Positions 16,159-27,277 of a stretch of 64,000 nt of DNA are shown here, in pieces. This DNA is from a virus (lineage: Duplodnaviria > Caudoviricetes). Under the pieces are notes generated by a model. The model was given only the letters and a program-made list of their open reading frames with translations, was not told the DNA's origin and made no database searches. Both the position numbers and the translations under genes were made by a program. Numbering within the stretch: the first letter of the stretch is position 1; every line of letters starts with the position of its first letter. The DNA is taken from IMG/VR virus record IMGVR_UViG_3300043438_001421, positions 1,126 through 65,125 of that record; one strand, 5' to 3'.

Positions 16159-17141
16159 AGCAAGTAGGTTGGTTTAGTCCCCCCGGCATTGGCGACAAAA
16201 TGGGCTACGGCTACGCAGCAGTTATGTTAATCAAAGCCCTTCAGGAGCATGATGTTAAAGTTGCTTATGATAATCGCGAGTCTAAGTGTCATATATCGTT
16301 TATTCAGCCAGAATTTTATAGCGGAAACTTAGATCAATATAGAGTTGGGTATACTCCTTGGGAGTCATCAGTCGTACCAGATAGCTGGAGAGAAACGATG
16401 CCTCAGATGCAGGAAATCTGGACTCCATCTCAATATTGTGTAGATATCTTCGAGGAAAATAATCTTAATAAAATTATTCGCAAAGTTCCTCACGGCATTG
16501 ATCCTGAATTGTGGAAGATTGAAAATAGATACTTAACTGATAAGTTCATCTTCTTTCATGTCGGAGGTCCAACAGCAAGAAAAGGTGGCCAGAGAGTAGT
16601 AGATGCATTTCTAGATTTATTTGATGGCAATGACGATGTAATGTTGATTTTGAAATCAAATGAAGACACAGAATGTCGATTCTATGAAAATGGCGTTGAC
16701 TTTAAGAGCGCAGCAGCTCATCCCCAGATCGTGTCGATTAACTACCAAGTTGCTGTAGAAGATTTAGTTCGTCTGTACAACAGATCTCACTGCCTAGTGT
16801 ATCCTACTAACGGAGAGGGCTTTGGGTTGATTCCTTTTCAGGGGATAGCAACGGGCCTTCCGACTATTGTAACAAATGCGACGGCCTGCGCAGACTTTGC
16901 CGAATTGTCTGTCCCTCTTGATTCAAAGCCATCCAAGGGAGTCGGCATTCACCTTGGAGATTGGGTTGAGCCTGATGCAGATGATCTTCGGGATAAGATG
17001 AGATATGTTTACGACAATTATAACGAAGTCAAAGAGAAAACTTTGGAGTCAGCGAGACTTATCCACAACACTCAAACGTGGTATCACGTCGCTGCTCAGG
17101 TTATCGACATTTTGGGTGAAAAAATCACGCAAATGGCATGA
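16155..17141 (+). CDS. glycosyltransferase family 4 (GT-B)
   Basis: GYTPWESS, WTPSQY, VPHGID, RKG, YPTNGEGFGLIPFQGIATGLPTI. Confidence 0.9.
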   Translation: MKQVGWFSPPGIGDKMGYGYAAVMLIKALQEHDVKVAYDNRESKCHISFIQPEFYSGNLDQYRVGYTPWESSVVPDSWRETMPQMQEIWTPSQYCVDIFEENNLNKIIRKVPHGIDPELWKIENRYLTDKFIFFHVGGPTARKGGQRVVDAFLDLFDGNDDVMLILKSNEDTECRFYENGVDFKSAAAHPQIVSINYQVAVEDLVRLYNRSHCLVYPTNGEGFGLIPFQGIATGLPTIVTNATACADFAELSVPLDSKPSKGVGIHLGDWVEPDADDLRDKMRYVYDNYNEVKEKTLESARLIHNTQTWYHVAAQVIDILGEKITQMA

Positions 17142-17268
17142 TTTTTCGGTAACAACCGATGCTTTGGATGGTATGATCTATATGGGCCCGAAGGACTTAC
17201 TTCGGGCCGAAGAACTACAGGGGCTAGCGCTTTTACAATGAACCGCAGCCCTAACTTTAGGAGGAATT

Positions 17269-19290
17269 ATGAGTGGTAAGGAATTTTTGAGCTTCAAGTT
17301 GTCCGATGATTTTATCTCCGGATATGAGAAGAGAGAGGTTCCTTGGGGATTTCCTATTGGAGCTGGAAATTTTCTTGGGGAGTTAACTTATTTAACTAAG
17401 TACTCTCGTAGGAAGAGCGACGGTTCTAAGGAAAAGTGGTTTGAGACTTGCCGACGTGTGATCGAAGGAACATTCACGATCCAGAAGGATTGGTGTAAGG
17501 AAAGTCGCCTTCCTTGGAATGAGAGGAAGGCGCAGAAGACTGCTCAGGATGCTTATGAGCGCCTGTTCGTGGGCAAGTGGACTCCTCCGGGCCGTGGTCT
17601 TTGGATGATGGGAACTGAATTTGTTCATGCGCAGAAGAACTCTGCTGCTTTGCAAAACTGCTCTTTCCTTTCTACTGAAAGCATTTCTTCTCGCAGCGTA
17701 CATGACGCAGTGTGGCCATTTGTTCGCCTTATGGAGATGTCAATGCTTGGCGTTGGCGTTGGGTTTGATACAAAGGGAGCGGGAAAGCTGGAGATCCATA
17801 AGCCTTTGGACGAAGTGAAGACTTTTATTATTCCAGATTCTCGCGAAGGATGGTACGAATCAGTATCAGTTCTTCTTGAGAGTTATTTCTTTGCTAGTAG
17901 AAATACAGTCGAATTTGACTACAGCGAAATTCGTCCTTCCGGAGAACCTATCAAGGGATTCGGCGGAGTCGCTGCTGGTCCGGGTCCTCTGATTGATCTT
18001 CATAAGACTTTGAAGCAGCAGTTTGAGGGCAGAGAGGGTCAGAAGATTACTTCGACTGACATTGTTGATATTCAGAATAAGATTGGCAAGTGTGTTGTTG
18101 CTGGCAATGTTCGTCGGTCAGCAGAGATTGCACTTGGCGAAATTGATGATCCCGAATTCCTTAACCTCAAAAACTGGGAAGTAAATCCTGAGCGCATGGG
18201 CGCTAATGGATGGGGCCATACTTCTAATAACTCTATCGTCGCAAATGTTGGCGATAACTTCGATGACATCGCAGATCGTATTGCTAACAATGGAGAGCCG
18301 GGCATTGTCTGGCTTGATCTTTGCAGAGAATACGGACGCCTCGTTGATCCAGCGAACAACAAAGATTGGCGTGCTGCTGGAACCAATCCATGCTCAGAGC
18401 AAACTCTTGAATCTGGAGAATGCTGCACTCTTGTTGAGAACTTTATTTCTCGCCACGATTCTCTTGAAGATTTTGGCAAGACGCTTAAGGTTTCATATCT
18501 TTACGCTAAGTCTGTAACACTTCTTCCGACTCATTGGCCTGAGACGAATGCCATTATGCAACGCAATCGCAGAATTGGATGTTCGGTATCTGGGTTGGCG
18601 CATTTTGCTGAAGTTAATGGGTGGACAGAACTTCGTACTTGGCTCAACTCTGGATATGAATATATTCAGCATCTTGATAACTCTTATTCAGAGTGGCTGG
18701 GATGTCGTCAGTCTATCAAGACAACCTCAGTGAAGCCTTCGGGAACAGTGTCTCTGCTCTTCGGAGTGACTCCCGGTGTTCATTGGCCTACTGCTGATGT
18801 CTATATCCGCCGTATGAGGCTTGCGTCTAATGATCCTCTTGTAGAGGCTCTCGCTGAAGCTGGTTACCATACTGAGCCTGATGTTATGGACCCAACGCAC
18901 AGCGTAGTAGTTGAGCTTCCCACAAAGGGTCCTGATGTGAGAACTGAGCGGGAAGTTAGTATGTGGGAGAAGACTGCTCTCGCAATTCTTGCTCAACGCT
19001 ATTGGGCAGATAATCAGGTTTCTGTGACGGTGACATTTAAGGAAGATGAGAAGGATCAAATTGGTCCTCTGCTCAGATCAATTGATGGTCAGTTGAAATC
19101 TGTGTCTATGCTTCCTATCCTTGAGGTCGGAGGAGCCTATGCTCAGATGCCGTATGAGCGCATCGATCTTGATACTTGGGGTAATTCAGTGTCTGGTATT
19201 AAGAAAGTGAAATGGAAGTCGCTTTATTCCGGTAAATCACTTGATGCTGAAGGCGAAAAGTTCTGCAGCAACGATACTTGCGAAATTTAA
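17269..19290 (+). CDS. nrdJ: class II (adenosylcobalamin-dependent) ribonucleotide reductase, monomeric RTPR type
   Basis: PPGRGLW, ALQNC, VVAGNVRRSA, GTNPCSEQ.L...ECCTL, VKPSGTVSLL, C-terminal FCSNDTCEI. Confidence 0.95.
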   Translation: MSGKEFLSFKLSDDFISGYEKREVPWGFPIGAGNFLGELTYLTKYSRRKSDGSKEKWFETCRRVIEGTFTIQKDWCKESRLPWNERKAQKTAQDAYERLFVGKWTPPGRGLWMMGTEFVHAQKNSAALQNCSFLSTESISSRSVHDAVWPFVRLMEMSMLGVGVGFDTKGAGKLEIHKPLDEVKTFIIPDSREGWYESVSVLLESYFFASRNTVEFDYSEIRPSGEPIKGFGGVAAGPGPLIDLHKTLKQQFEGREGQKITSTDIVDIQNKIGKCVVAGNVRRSAEIALGEIDDPEFLNLKNWEVNPERMGANGWGHTSNNSIVANVGDNFDDIADRIANNGEPGIVWLDLCREYGRLVDPANNKDWRAAGTNPCSEQTLESGECCTLVENFISRHDSLEDFGKTLKVSYLYAKSVTLLPTHWPETNAIMQRNRRIGCSVSGLAHFAEVNGWTELRTWLNSGYEYIQHLDNSYSEWLGCRQSIKTTSVKPSGTVSLLFGVTPGVHWPTADVYIRRMRLASNDPLVEALAEAGYHTEPDVMDPTHSVVVELPTKGPDVRTEREVSMWEKTALAILAQRYWADNQVSVTVTFKEDEKDQIGPLLRSIDGQLKSVSMLPILEVGGAYAQMPYERIDLDTWGNSVSGIKKVKWKSLYSGKSLDAEGEKFCSNDTCEI

Positions 19291-19306
19291 TTTACGCTTT
19301 TTGATG

Positions 19307-19334
19307 AAAACCGCTCCTTTTGGGAGCGGTTTTT
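19307..19334 (+). terminator. intrinsic terminator (bidirectional-looking)
   Basis: AAAACCGCTCC-TTTTG-GGAGCGGTTTTT. Confidence 0.85.
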
Positions 19335-19401
19335 GTCATTTTTGAAGTATTTTGGATCTACTTATTGCTTATTAAGTCCATGTCTGTGATAATATTATCA
19401 A

Positions 19402-19737
19402 ATGAGTAAAAAGCTTAAAAAAATAGACTTCGTTGTAGAAGATCTTCGGGGCGTTTGTCTCTGGGAGATGCCTGACGGCACTCTTATTGGCGACGGAGAT
19501 GGGAGATTCTTATCACTTGAAGGTGATCTCAATTCTCCTATCATTGAATCGAAGATGAGAGATGCTGCTGTTGGATACGTTGGAATGCTCGCCTTAGATG
19601 GTGAGCCGATGTGGATTCCCGGTAGCAGAAAGATCACTGACAACGAAGCTGATGATCATACGGAAAGATTTATCGATGGCTATATTCCCGATCCAGTTGA
19701 TTCGGTGAAGCAATTGGCCCGAAAAGGGATGATATGA
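19402..19737 (+). CDS. hypothetical protein upstream of portal
   Basis: 111-aa ORF coupled to the portal (ATGA overlap); leaderless-type promoter upstream. Confidence 0.75.
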   Translation: MSKKLKKIDFVVEDLRGVCLWEMPDGTLIGDGDGRFLSLEGDLNSPIIESKMRDAAVGYVGMLALDGEPMWIPGSRKITDNEADDHTERFIDGYIPDPVDSVKQLARKGMI

Positions 19738-21407
19738 GAAGGATTACTGCAGCTTTAGCTGAAGAGAATACCAGTACTATTGAGATCGATGATATTACTA
19801 GTTCGTACACCGCCGATTTTACTAGAAAAGTTGTTGAGGATAAAGACATCTTCAAGAAGAAGATTGATGTATCCAACCAGTCGAAGCGCGTAAAGAATAA
19901 ATTTTACAAAATCAAGAAAAGATATCAAACAGGCGCTAGCGGAGCTGAGTCTGATTTCGTAGATCCAGAGGTTGTCAACGGGTATGGAATGTTCGATCTT
20001 GTCGAACCTCCATACAATCTTGAGGTGTTGGCTTCTTTGTTTGAAGAGAATGCTATCCATAATGCAACTATCTTGGCTAGAACAATGAATACTGTTGCCT
20101 TGGGATACGTCTGGGAAAACACGTCGAAGAGCAATAAAAGAATCGAAAGAGCCACTACCAAAGAGGGTGAATCACTCTCCAGACTTCGCGACGAGCTCCA
20201 GAAAGAAGAAGAGCGACTTGAATCTATCTTCGATGATCTTAATATTGACGAAGATTTCATCGAAACTCTTATAAAAGTTTGGATTGACTATTTAACCATT
20301 GGTAATGGTTATCTTGAAATTGGTAGAAATAGAAATGGAAGCATTGGTTATATTGGTCATATTCCAGGCGCATATGTAAGAGTTCGTAGAGCTAGAGATG
20401 GCTTTGTTCAAAAGGCTGGACTGAAGTTTACTTTCTTCAGAAACTTCCAAGATTTGGATACGCCAGATCAGATAAACGATGATAAGAATCCTAATGAAAT
20501 AATTCACTTTAAGCAATACACTCCAACGAACACCTACTATGGTGTTCCATCCGCTGTATCAGCGATTAGCTCTATTGTCGGAGATAAGTTTGCTAAAGAA
20601 TATAACATTGATTATTTTGAAAACAAGAGCATTCCCCGTTACGCAATTATCCTGAAAGGTGCCAATCTTTCTCAGAAGTCAAAGCAAGAAGTTGTTAATT
20701 ATTTCAAGAATGAAATCAAGGGCAACAATCACGGAACTCTTTTCGTTCCGCTTCCCGCCACTCTTGGCCGGGATGTAGATATTAAGTTTGAAAAGCTTGA
20801 GAACAATGTTCAGGAAGCTTCTTTCGATAAGTATCGTAAGTCAAATAGAGATGAGATCACAGTTGCGAACAGAGTGCCAGCGCCGAAGATTGGTATTTAT
20901 GATAATGCAAACTTAGCTGTCTCTAGAGATGCTGACAAGACTTTTAAGAATCAAGTTGTTGGACCTGATCAAAAAGTTATCGAGAAGAAGCTCAACAGAA
21001 TTGTAAGAGAGTTCAGCGATAAGAAGCAACTTAAGTTTGCAGAAATCGATGTAATTGATGAGGATCTGCGTTCAAGAATTTGGGATCGTTATCTTCGTAC
21101 AGAGGTTATTACGCCCAATGAGGTCAGAGGCAAGATCGGCATGACTGCCCTTGAATCTGGCGATGCCGTCCTTCCTTATCCAAGTAGGCTTACGAAGGAA
21201 AAGCAAGATTTCGAGATGGGCGTAGCAGAGCAGACTGGAGATCCAATGCCAGACAATGGCGGAGCTCCGGTTGGCAATACTAATGCTCAATCTGCAAGTC
21301 CGCCCAAGTCGGGCCAAGATAGTGCTGCTGGTGAATCATCACCTGCAGATCAAACAACAGGAAGGGCAGAGCGGGGAGCCAATCAAGACTCCAATCCGCC
21401 TGTATAA
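19734..21407 (+). CDS. portal protein (PBSX-like)
   Basis: VEPPYNL..L, GNGYLEI.R, NEIIHFKQY.P...YYGVP, YFENKSIP, VITPNEVR.KIGM. Confidence 0.92.
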   Translation: MRRITAALAEENTSTIEIDDITSSYTADFTRKVVEDKDIFKKKIDVSNQSKRVKNKFYKIKKRYQTGASGAESDFVDPEVVNGYGMFDLVEPPYNLEVLASLFEENAIHNATILARTMNTVALGYVWENTSKSNKRIERATTKEGESLSRLRDELQKEEERLESIFDDLNIDEDFIETLIKVWIDYLTIGNGYLEIGRNRNGSIGYIGHIPGAYVRVRRARDGFVQKAGLKFTFFRNFQDLDTPDQINDDKNPNEIIHFKQYTPTNTYYGVPSAVSAISSIVGDKFAKEYNIDYFENKSIPRYAIILKGANLSQKSKQEVVNYFKNEIKGNNHGTLFVPLPATLGRDVDIKFEKLENNVQEASFDKYRKSNRDEITVANRVPAPKIGIYDNANLAVSRDADKTFKNQVVGPDQKVIEKKLNRIVREFSDKKQLKFAEIDVIDEDLRSRIWDRYLRTEVITPNEVRGKIGMTALESGDAVLPYPSRLTKEKQDFEMGVAEQTGDPMPDNGGAPVGNTNAQSASPPKSGQDSAAGESSPADQTTGRAERGANQDSNPPV

Positions 21408-21418
21408 AGGAGAAGAAA

Positions 21419-21676
21419 ATGCAATATGTAGCTTTTACAGCAGATAAATTAATTAGATCGATTCCATCTAAAATTAAAGGATTTTCAATTGGAGCATCAG
21501 CAGCTTCTGTAGTAAATATTTACGACGGAACAAGTAGCTCTGGGACAATTGTTTTCAATATTGAGATCCCCCAGAATGAGACTGCGATGTTTTCTAACGA
21601 AGGAATTCTTTGCAACACTGGAATATATGTCGATGTGGTATCAGGTTCTGTTAAGGGATCTGTCTTTGTGGAATAG
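21419..21676 (+). CDS. small beta-rich virion protein (decoration or spike-base-like)
   Basis: IYDGTSSSGTIVF...GILCNTGIYVDV; located in the head module. Confidence 0.6.
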   Translation: MQYVAFTADKLIRSIPSKIKGFSIGASAASVVNIYDGTSSSGTIVFNIEIPQNETAMFSNEGILCNTGIYVDVVSGSVKGSVFVE

Positions 21677-21684
21677 GAGATAGA

Positions 21685-22023
21685 ATGGCAGCACCAGCGA
21701 ATTATCCATTATCAATTAGAATTGGCGATACTGAGACGGTATCTGTTACGCTTCAAGATGCCGATGGTGTTGCTATCAACATCACTGGAAGAACCTATTC
21801 AGCGCAGGTTAGAGAGAAGGCAAGTTCTGATTCTGCACTTGCTTCATTTACTTGTTCAGTAGTAAATGCTGCTCAAGGGAAGTTCGCTTGCACCTTGTCG
21901 TCAGCAACTACAACGGCTCTTTCGCCAGCAAATGCCGTATGGGATCTTCAGGAGAATAATGGAGGGGTGATCACAACTTTGATGGCGGGCGAAGCTGTGA
22001 TCTCTAGAGATGTAACTAGATGA
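21685..22023 (+). CDS. fibre adaptor / BppU-N-like protein 1
   Basis: [16 protein letters not shown]...G.F...LSSATT..L...VWDLQ...G...ISRDVT. Confidence 0.7.
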   Translation: MAAPANYPLSIRIGDTETVSVTLQDADGVAINITGRTYSAQVREKASSDSALASFTCSVVNAAQGKFACTLSSATTTALSPANAVWDLQENNGGVITTLMAGEAVISRDVTR

Positions 22024-25000
22024 GCGATAACGTCACACTTAGGGTAGTTGAATCTCTTGTTCTTCGCCCTAGTGGTGACGGTGTTGTTCTTCAGAAAGTT
22101 GAGCCCGACACAGTTTTTTTGCAACAGAATATTGATGTTGCGATTTTGCGGGTTGATACTGATGATGTAATTATCAGACCTTCTGAAGAAGTTGTCCTTA
22201 AAAAAGATTCTGTTGACATTATTGCTTCAGGAGTTTCTGGTCCTATGGGGCCTCAAGGTGTTCAGGGGCCTCAAGGACCCGGTGGATTTGTTGGGTCCGA
22301 TGGTGCTCAGGGGCCGCAAGGTCCTCAAGGACCTTTTGGTGGTCCACAGGGTACACAAGGTCCTCAAGGCCCGCAAGGCGCTCAGGGATCTCAAGGCCCG
22401 CAAGGATCGCAAGGTTCGACTGGTGTTCAAGGTGCAACTGGCGCTACCGGGGCGACTGGAGCACAAGGTTCTCAGGGGCCTCAAGGAACGCAAGGTCCGC
22501 AGGGTTCTCAGGGTGCTACTGGTTCAATTGGTCTGACTGGCGCTCAAGGAAGTCAAGGCCCGCAAGGAGCACAGGGATCTCAAGGACCTCAAGGAACTCA
22601 GGGTGCTACTGGTTCGCAAGGCGCTACTGGCTCTCAGGGCTCTACTGGTGTGACTGGAGCGCAAGGCGCTCAAGGTCCGCAAGGAGCAATTGGCGCTACA
22701 GGTATTCAAGGAAGTCAGGGTCCTCAAGGCGCTATTGGGGCGACGGGGGCTCAGGGCAATGAAGGCCCTCAGGGTGCTCAAGGACCAAAGGGCTCACAAG
22801 GTGCAACAGGTGCAACTGGGCCTCAAGGTTTTCAGGGTCCACAAGGAGATCAAGGTCCTCAGGGAGCACAATCAACTGTTCAGGGTCCACAAGGAACTCA
22901 AGGCCCTCAGGGGCCTCAAGGCGCACAAGGATCAACTGGTGCAGCCTCTACTGTAGCAGGCCCTCAAGGCCCACAAGGCTCTCAGGGAATTCAGGGCCCT
23001 CAAGGTCCTCAAGGTCCTCAGGGTGCAACTGGAGCTCAGGGGGCGACGGGAGCGCAAGGTTCAACTGGCGCTCAAGGTTCTCAAGGTCCACAGGGACCTC
23101 AAGGATCAACTGGTTCCCAAGGTGCTACTGGATCTCAAGGTGTCATAGGAGATCAAGGTCCTCAAGGTACACAGGGTCCTATTGGAGCAACTGGTCTTAC
23201 TGGAGCGCAAGGTAGTCAAGGCCCTCAAGGCCCTCAAGGCCCTCAAGGCCCTCAAGGCAATCAAGGCCCTCAAGGTTCTACAGGAGCGGAATCCACTGTT
23301 CCCGGACCTCAAGGCGTTCAGGGGCCGCAAGGTTCTCAAGGATCTCAAGGGGCAACTGGCTCGCAAGGAACTCAGGGCCCTCAGGGAAGTGCTGGCGTTC
23401 AAGGGACTCAGGGACCTCAGGGTTCTCAAGGTGTCGCTGGATCGCAAGGTCCTCAAGGACCTGAGGGATCTCAGGGCAGTCAAGGATTTCAGGGCGCAAA
23501 TGGTGCTCAAGGACCCGCTGGTCCTCAGGGATCTCAAGGTTCAACGGGATCACAAGGAAGTCAAGGTCCCCAAGGTCCTGCTGGCGTTCAAGGAACACAG
23601 GGTCCTGAAGGAGCGCAGGGTGCCAATGGTCCTCAGGGCGATCAGGGCCCTCAAGGTGTTGTTGGAGCGCAAGGATCTACTGGTGCCCAAGGTTCGCAAG
23701 GCCCACAAGGCTCTCAGGGTGCGACGGGCGCTCAAGGATCTCAAGGTCCTCAGGGGTCACAAGGCTCTGTTGGTCCACAGGGAGATCAAGGGCCTGTTGG
23801 TTCACAAGGAAGTCAAGGTCCTGCCGGAGTCCAAGGTTCGCAAGGCCCTCAAGGGCCACAAGGTGCTGTCGGCTCCACTGGCGCTCAAGGTGATCAAGGC
23901 CCGATTGGCCCTCAAGGTAATCAGGGGCCTCAGGGTAATGTTGGGGCACAAGGTTCTCAGGGGCCACAGGGCGCATCTGGATCTACTGGTGCTCAGGGAA
24001 GTCAGGGTCCTCAGGGGCCACAAGGTTCTCAGGGTTCCGTTGGTCCTCAAGGTAGTCAAGGTTCATCTGGAGAGCAAGGAGATCAAGGCCCACAAGGACC
24101 TGTTGGCTCACAAGGAAGTCAAGGTCCTTCCGGGCCTCAGGGTAGCCAAGGTCCTCAGGGCATTGGTGGTGATCAAGGTGTTCAAGGACCTCAAGGACCT
24201 AATGGTAGTCAAGGAGCTCAAGGTTTTCAAGGCCCGCAAGGCGCTACTGGCAATACTGGCCCTCAAGGTTTTCAAGGCCCGCAAGGCGCTACTGGCGATA
24301 CTGGCCCGCAAGGTGTTCAAGGCCCGACTGGCCCGCAAGGCGATCAAGGCCCACAAGGCTCTACTGGTTCTACTGGCCCAACTGGCCCCCAAGGTTTTCA
24401 AGGCCCGCAAGGCGATACTGGCCAGCAAGGTTTTCAAGGCCCGACTGGCCCGCAAGGCGATCAAGGCCCACAAGGCTCTACTGGTTCTACTGGCCCAACT
24501 GGCCCACAAGGTTTTCAAGGCTCTACTGGCCTGACTGGCGATACTGGCCCGCAAGGCGATCAAGGCCCACAAGGCTCTACTGGTTCTACTGGCCCAACTG
24601 GCCCACAAGGAACACAAGGTCCTCAAGGACCACAGTCTACTGTAGCAGGTCCTCAAGGAGTACAAGGCGCTCAAGGTCCTCAAGGTCCTCAAGGTCCACA
24701 AGGTGCAACCGGAACGCAAGGAGCGGGCGGGGCGTTGGGGTATTGGGGTTCTTTCTATGACATGACGGATCAGCCATTAGTTTCTACAACTGTTGCCCAA
24801 GTTGTTTCTATTGGATCAACTGCTGATGGAAATGGTGTCACCGTTGAGAGTGGCGATGAGATCACCTTCGCTTATGCCGGCGTCTACAGTCTTACGTTCT
24901 CTATACAGGTAACTAACTATGCAAACTCTGTTGAGAAGTCAATCTTTTGGCTCAAGTTGAATGGATCGGATTATCCAGATTCTGCTACAGAAATGGATCT

Positions 25001-26765
25001 ACAACCTAGGAAAAGTTCATCCGAACCGAATCGTCAAGTCATAACTATCAATTATGTTGCCGAAGCTTCTGATGGTGATGCTGTTCAGGTTTATTGGAGC
25101 GGAACTAGTACTGAACTAAAGGTTGAGTCTCTTCCCGCTGGTACTTCTCCCGTCAGCCCAGCAGTTCCGTCGATTATTTTAACTGCTACTCAGGTTCTTT
25201 ATACTCAGGTTGGTCCTCAAGGATATCAAGGACCTCAGGGTCCTGCTGGTGTTCAGGGCAGTCAAGGGCCGCAAGGTCCGCAGGGTGCTCAGTCTACTGT
25301 TCAAGGCCCACAAGGCGATCAAGGCCCTCAAGGAGCTACCGGATCGCAAGGTGCTCAAGGCCCACAAGGTTCTACTGGCTCACAAGGCAGTCAAGGCCCG
25401 CAAGGCGCTACTGGCTCACAAGGCAGTCAAGGCCCGCAGGGCCCGATTGGCCCGCAAGGCGCTACTGGCTCACAAGGCAGTCAAGGCCCGCAGGGCCCGA
25501 TTGGCCCGCAAGGCGATCAAGGCCCGCAAGGCAGTCAAGGCCCGCAAGGCGCTACTGGCTCACAAGGCAGTCAAGGCCCGCAGGGCCCGATTGGCCCGCA
25601 AGGCGATCAAGGCCCGCAGGGCCCGATTGGCCCGCAAGGCGATCAAGGCCCGCAAGGCGATCAAGGCCCGCAAGGCAGTCAAGGCCCGCAAGGCGATCAA
25701 GGCCCGCAAGGCGATCAAGGCCCGCAAGGCGATCAAGGCCCGCAAGGCAGTCAAGGCCCGCAAGGCGCTACTGGCTCACAAGGCAGTCAAGGCCCGCAGG
25801 GCCCGATTGGCCCGCAAGGCGATCAAGGCCCGCAAGGCAGTCAAGGCCCGCAAGGCGCTACTGGCTCACAAGGCAGTCAAGGCCCGCAAGGATCGCAGGG
25901 CGATGTTGGCCCGATGGGGCCGCAAGGTGCTGCTGGCCTTAATGGATCAGATGGAGCGCAAGGTCCGCAAGGCGCTACTGGCCCGCAAGGTTCTCAAGGT
26001 CCGCAAGGCGCTACTGGCGCTCAAGGAGCTGTTGGCTCCCAAGGTGTTCAAGGCCCACAAGGCCCGCAAGGATCTCAAGGCTCTACTGGATCAACGGGTC
26101 CGACTGGATCTCTTATAGCTTATGCCGGATCTTCTGCGCCATCTGGGTGGCTTTTATGTGATGGCTCTGCGGTATCAAGAAGCACCTATGCCGACCTGTT
26201 TGCAGTAACTTCTACGACTTACGGCGTAGGCAATGGATCAACCACATTCAACCTGCCCGATCTTCGTGGACGTGTTCCTGTCGGCTTAGATAACATGGGC
26301 GGAACAGACGCTGCACGACTTTCTGTTGCAAATACTCTCGGCGGATCAGGTGGAGCTGAAACTCATACGCTAACTTCTTCTGAAATTCCGGCGCATAGCC
26401 ACGCAAATACCCTCGGAAGCAACACAGTTGCCTCAACTTCGCATACGCACACTGAAGGAAATCTTGCCACTGCAATCGGCGCTGTCAATAATGACGCTGG
26501 AACAATCGGGTACGAGTCAGGAACCCCTAGGCCAAACAGTAGAGGCCCTGTTTCTACTACTAACTATGTTGCTACAGGATTAACTATTTACAACGGCGCT
26601 TTTGGCCCTCTTACCTTTAATCACTATACAAGAGCATACGGAACAACAAGTGGCCCGACAGGATCTACTACTGTAAGTATCACAAATGCCAATAATACTG
26701 GCGGCGGCGGGTCACATAATAATATGCAGCCATATATCTTGATCAACTATATTATCAAGACTTAA
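22020..26765 (+). CDS. giant collagen-like fibre protein with internal C1q/BclA-like domain and C-terminal tail-collar domain
   Basis: More than 1000 aa of Gly-X-Y (GPQ/GSQ/GAT); globular insert at about 24730-25205; [20 protein letters not shown]...[14 protein letters not shown] collar and [14 protein letters not shown] end. Confidence 0.9.
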   Translation: MSDNVTLRVVESLVLRPSGDGVVLQKVEPDTVFLQQNIDVAILRVDTDDVIIRPSEEVVLKKDSVDIIASGVSGPMGPQGVQGPQGPGGFVGSDGAQGPQGPQGPFGGPQGTQGPQGPQGAQGSQGPQGSQGSTGVQGATGATGATGAQGSQGPQGTQGPQGSQGATGSIGLTGAQGSQGPQGAQGSQGPQGTQGATGSQGATGSQGSTGVTGAQGAQGPQGAIGATGIQGSQGPQGAIGATGAQGNEGPQGAQGPKGSQGATGATGPQGFQGPQGDQGPQGAQSTVQGPQGTQGPQGPQGAQGSTGAASTVAGPQGPQGSQGIQGPQGPQGPQGATGAQGATGAQGSTGAQGSQGPQGPQGSTGSQGATGSQGVIGDQGPQGTQGPIGATGLTGAQGSQGPQGPQGPQGPQGNQGPQGSTGAESTVPGPQGVQGPQGSQGSQGATGSQGTQGPQGSAGVQGTQGPQGSQGVAGSQGPQGPEGSQGSQGFQGANGAQGPAGPQGSQGSTGSQGSQGPQGPAGVQGTQGPEGAQGANGPQGDQGPQGVVGAQGSTGAQGSQGPQGSQGATGAQGSQGPQGSQGSVGPQGDQGPVGSQGSQGPAGVQGSQGPQGPQGAVGSTGAQGDQGPIGPQGNQGPQGNVGAQGSQGPQGASGSTGAQGSQGPQGPQGSQGSVGPQGSQGSSGEQGDQGPQGPVGSQGSQGPSGPQGSQGPQGIGGDQGVQGPQGPNGSQGAQGFQGPQGATGNTGPQGFQGPQGATGDTGPQGVQGPTGPQGDQGPQGSTGSTGPTGPQGFQGPQGDTGQQGFQGPTGPQGDQGPQGSTGSTGPTGPQGFQGSTGLTGDTGPQGDQGPQGSTGSTGPTGPQGTQGPQGPQSTVAGPQGVQGAQGPQGPQGPQGATGTQGAGGALGYWGSFYDMTDQPLVSTTVAQVVSIGSTADGNGVTVESGDEITFAYAGVYSLTFSIQVTNYANSVEKSIFWLKLNGSDYPDSATEMDLQPRKSSSEPNRQVITINYVAEASDGDAVQVYWSGTSTELKVESLPAGTSPVSPAVPSIILTATQVLYTQVGPQGYQGPQGPAGVQGSQGPQGPQGAQSTVQGPQGDQGPQGATGSQGAQGPQGSTGSQGSQGPQGATGSQGSQGPQGPIGPQGATGSQGSQGPQGPIGPQGDQGPQGSQGPQGATGSQGSQGPQGPIGPQGDQGPQGPIGPQGDQGPQGDQGPQGSQGPQGDQGPQGDQGPQGDQGPQGSQGPQGATGSQGSQGPQGPIGPQGDQGPQGSQGPQGATGSQGSQGPQGSQGDVGPMGPQGAAGLNGSDGAQGPQGATGPQGSQGPQGATGAQGAVGSQGVQGPQGPQGSQGSTGSTGPTGSLIAYAGSSAPSGWLLCDGSAVSRSTYADLFAVTSTTYGVGNGSTTFNLPDLRGRVPVGLDNMGGTDAARLSVANTLGGSGGAETHTLTSSEIPAHSHANTLGSNTVASTSHTHTEGNLATAIGAVNNDAGTIGYESGTPRPNSRGPVSTTNYVATGLTIYNGAFGPLTFNHYTRAYGTTSGPTGSTTVSITNANNTGGGGSHNNMQPYILINYIIKT
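25370..25890 (+). repeat. near-perfect tandem 9-bp-unit repeats (GGCCCGCAA/GGCGATCAA/GGCAGTCAA) inside the collagen gene
   Basis: Homogeneous codon usage and repeated multi-unit blocks. Confidence 0.85.
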
Positions 26766-26766
26766 C

Positions 26767-26795
26767 TTGAGTTTTAAGGAGATGATTGTTATCAT
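26767..26795 (+). promoter_or_regulatory. sigma70/SigA-type promoter
   Basis: TTGAGT-17 nt-TATCAT with TG extension, upstream of the second adaptor gene. Confidence 0.6.
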
Positions 26796-26812
26796 TGGTA
26801 GTGAGGTAAAAA

Positions 26813-27277
26813 ATGACTACTATTGTTAATGACGTTTCTGATGTAGGTATTTATAATATTGTGGGGGATCAAGGAACAACCTTTATCCGCCAAATTGTCT
26901 ACAAGAATTCTGCTGGGACTGCGATTAATCTTGGCACTGGCGCTTCTGCTCATATGATGGCTAGAAAGTCGTATCCCGCAACTCTGAAGACTGCGGCCTA
27001 CAGAAGTGATCCTGTTATCTGGATAAGTTCTGACGATCTTCAATACATCGGATCAACACAGGCAATTACTCTCACTCCAGCTACCGGAATAATTAATATT
27101 TCAATCCCGTCATCTTTGATGGGAAGCGTTGAAGCCGGTATATATGATTATGATCTTGAAGTTAGACTTGGAACATCCCCCGGAGTTGGTTCTGCCGGGA
27201 ATATTATTAAAATTATTCGCGGTTTATTTGAAGTAAGACAGCAGATGACGTACTTTAGTGGAGAGTATTATTACTAA
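26813..27277 (+). CDS. fibre adaptor / BppU-N-like protein 2
   Basis: DQGTTF...GTAINL...A.MMAR...G.INISIPSS...GIYDYDLEV...IIRGLFEV; similar to 21685..22023. Confidence 0.7.
   Translation: MTTIVNDVSDVGIYNIVGDQGTTFIRQIVYKNSAGTAINLGTGASAHMMARKSYPATLKTAAYRSDPVIWISSDDLQYIGSTQAITLTPATGIINISIPSSLMGSVEAGIYDYDLEVRLGTSPGVGSAGNIIKIIRGLFEVRQQMTYFSGEYYY

Noticed and set aside
25370-25890. Regular repeats as a CRISPR array
   Set aside because: In-frame 9-bp coding repeats with no unique spacers; the Cas4-like gene is a stand-alone phage nuclease
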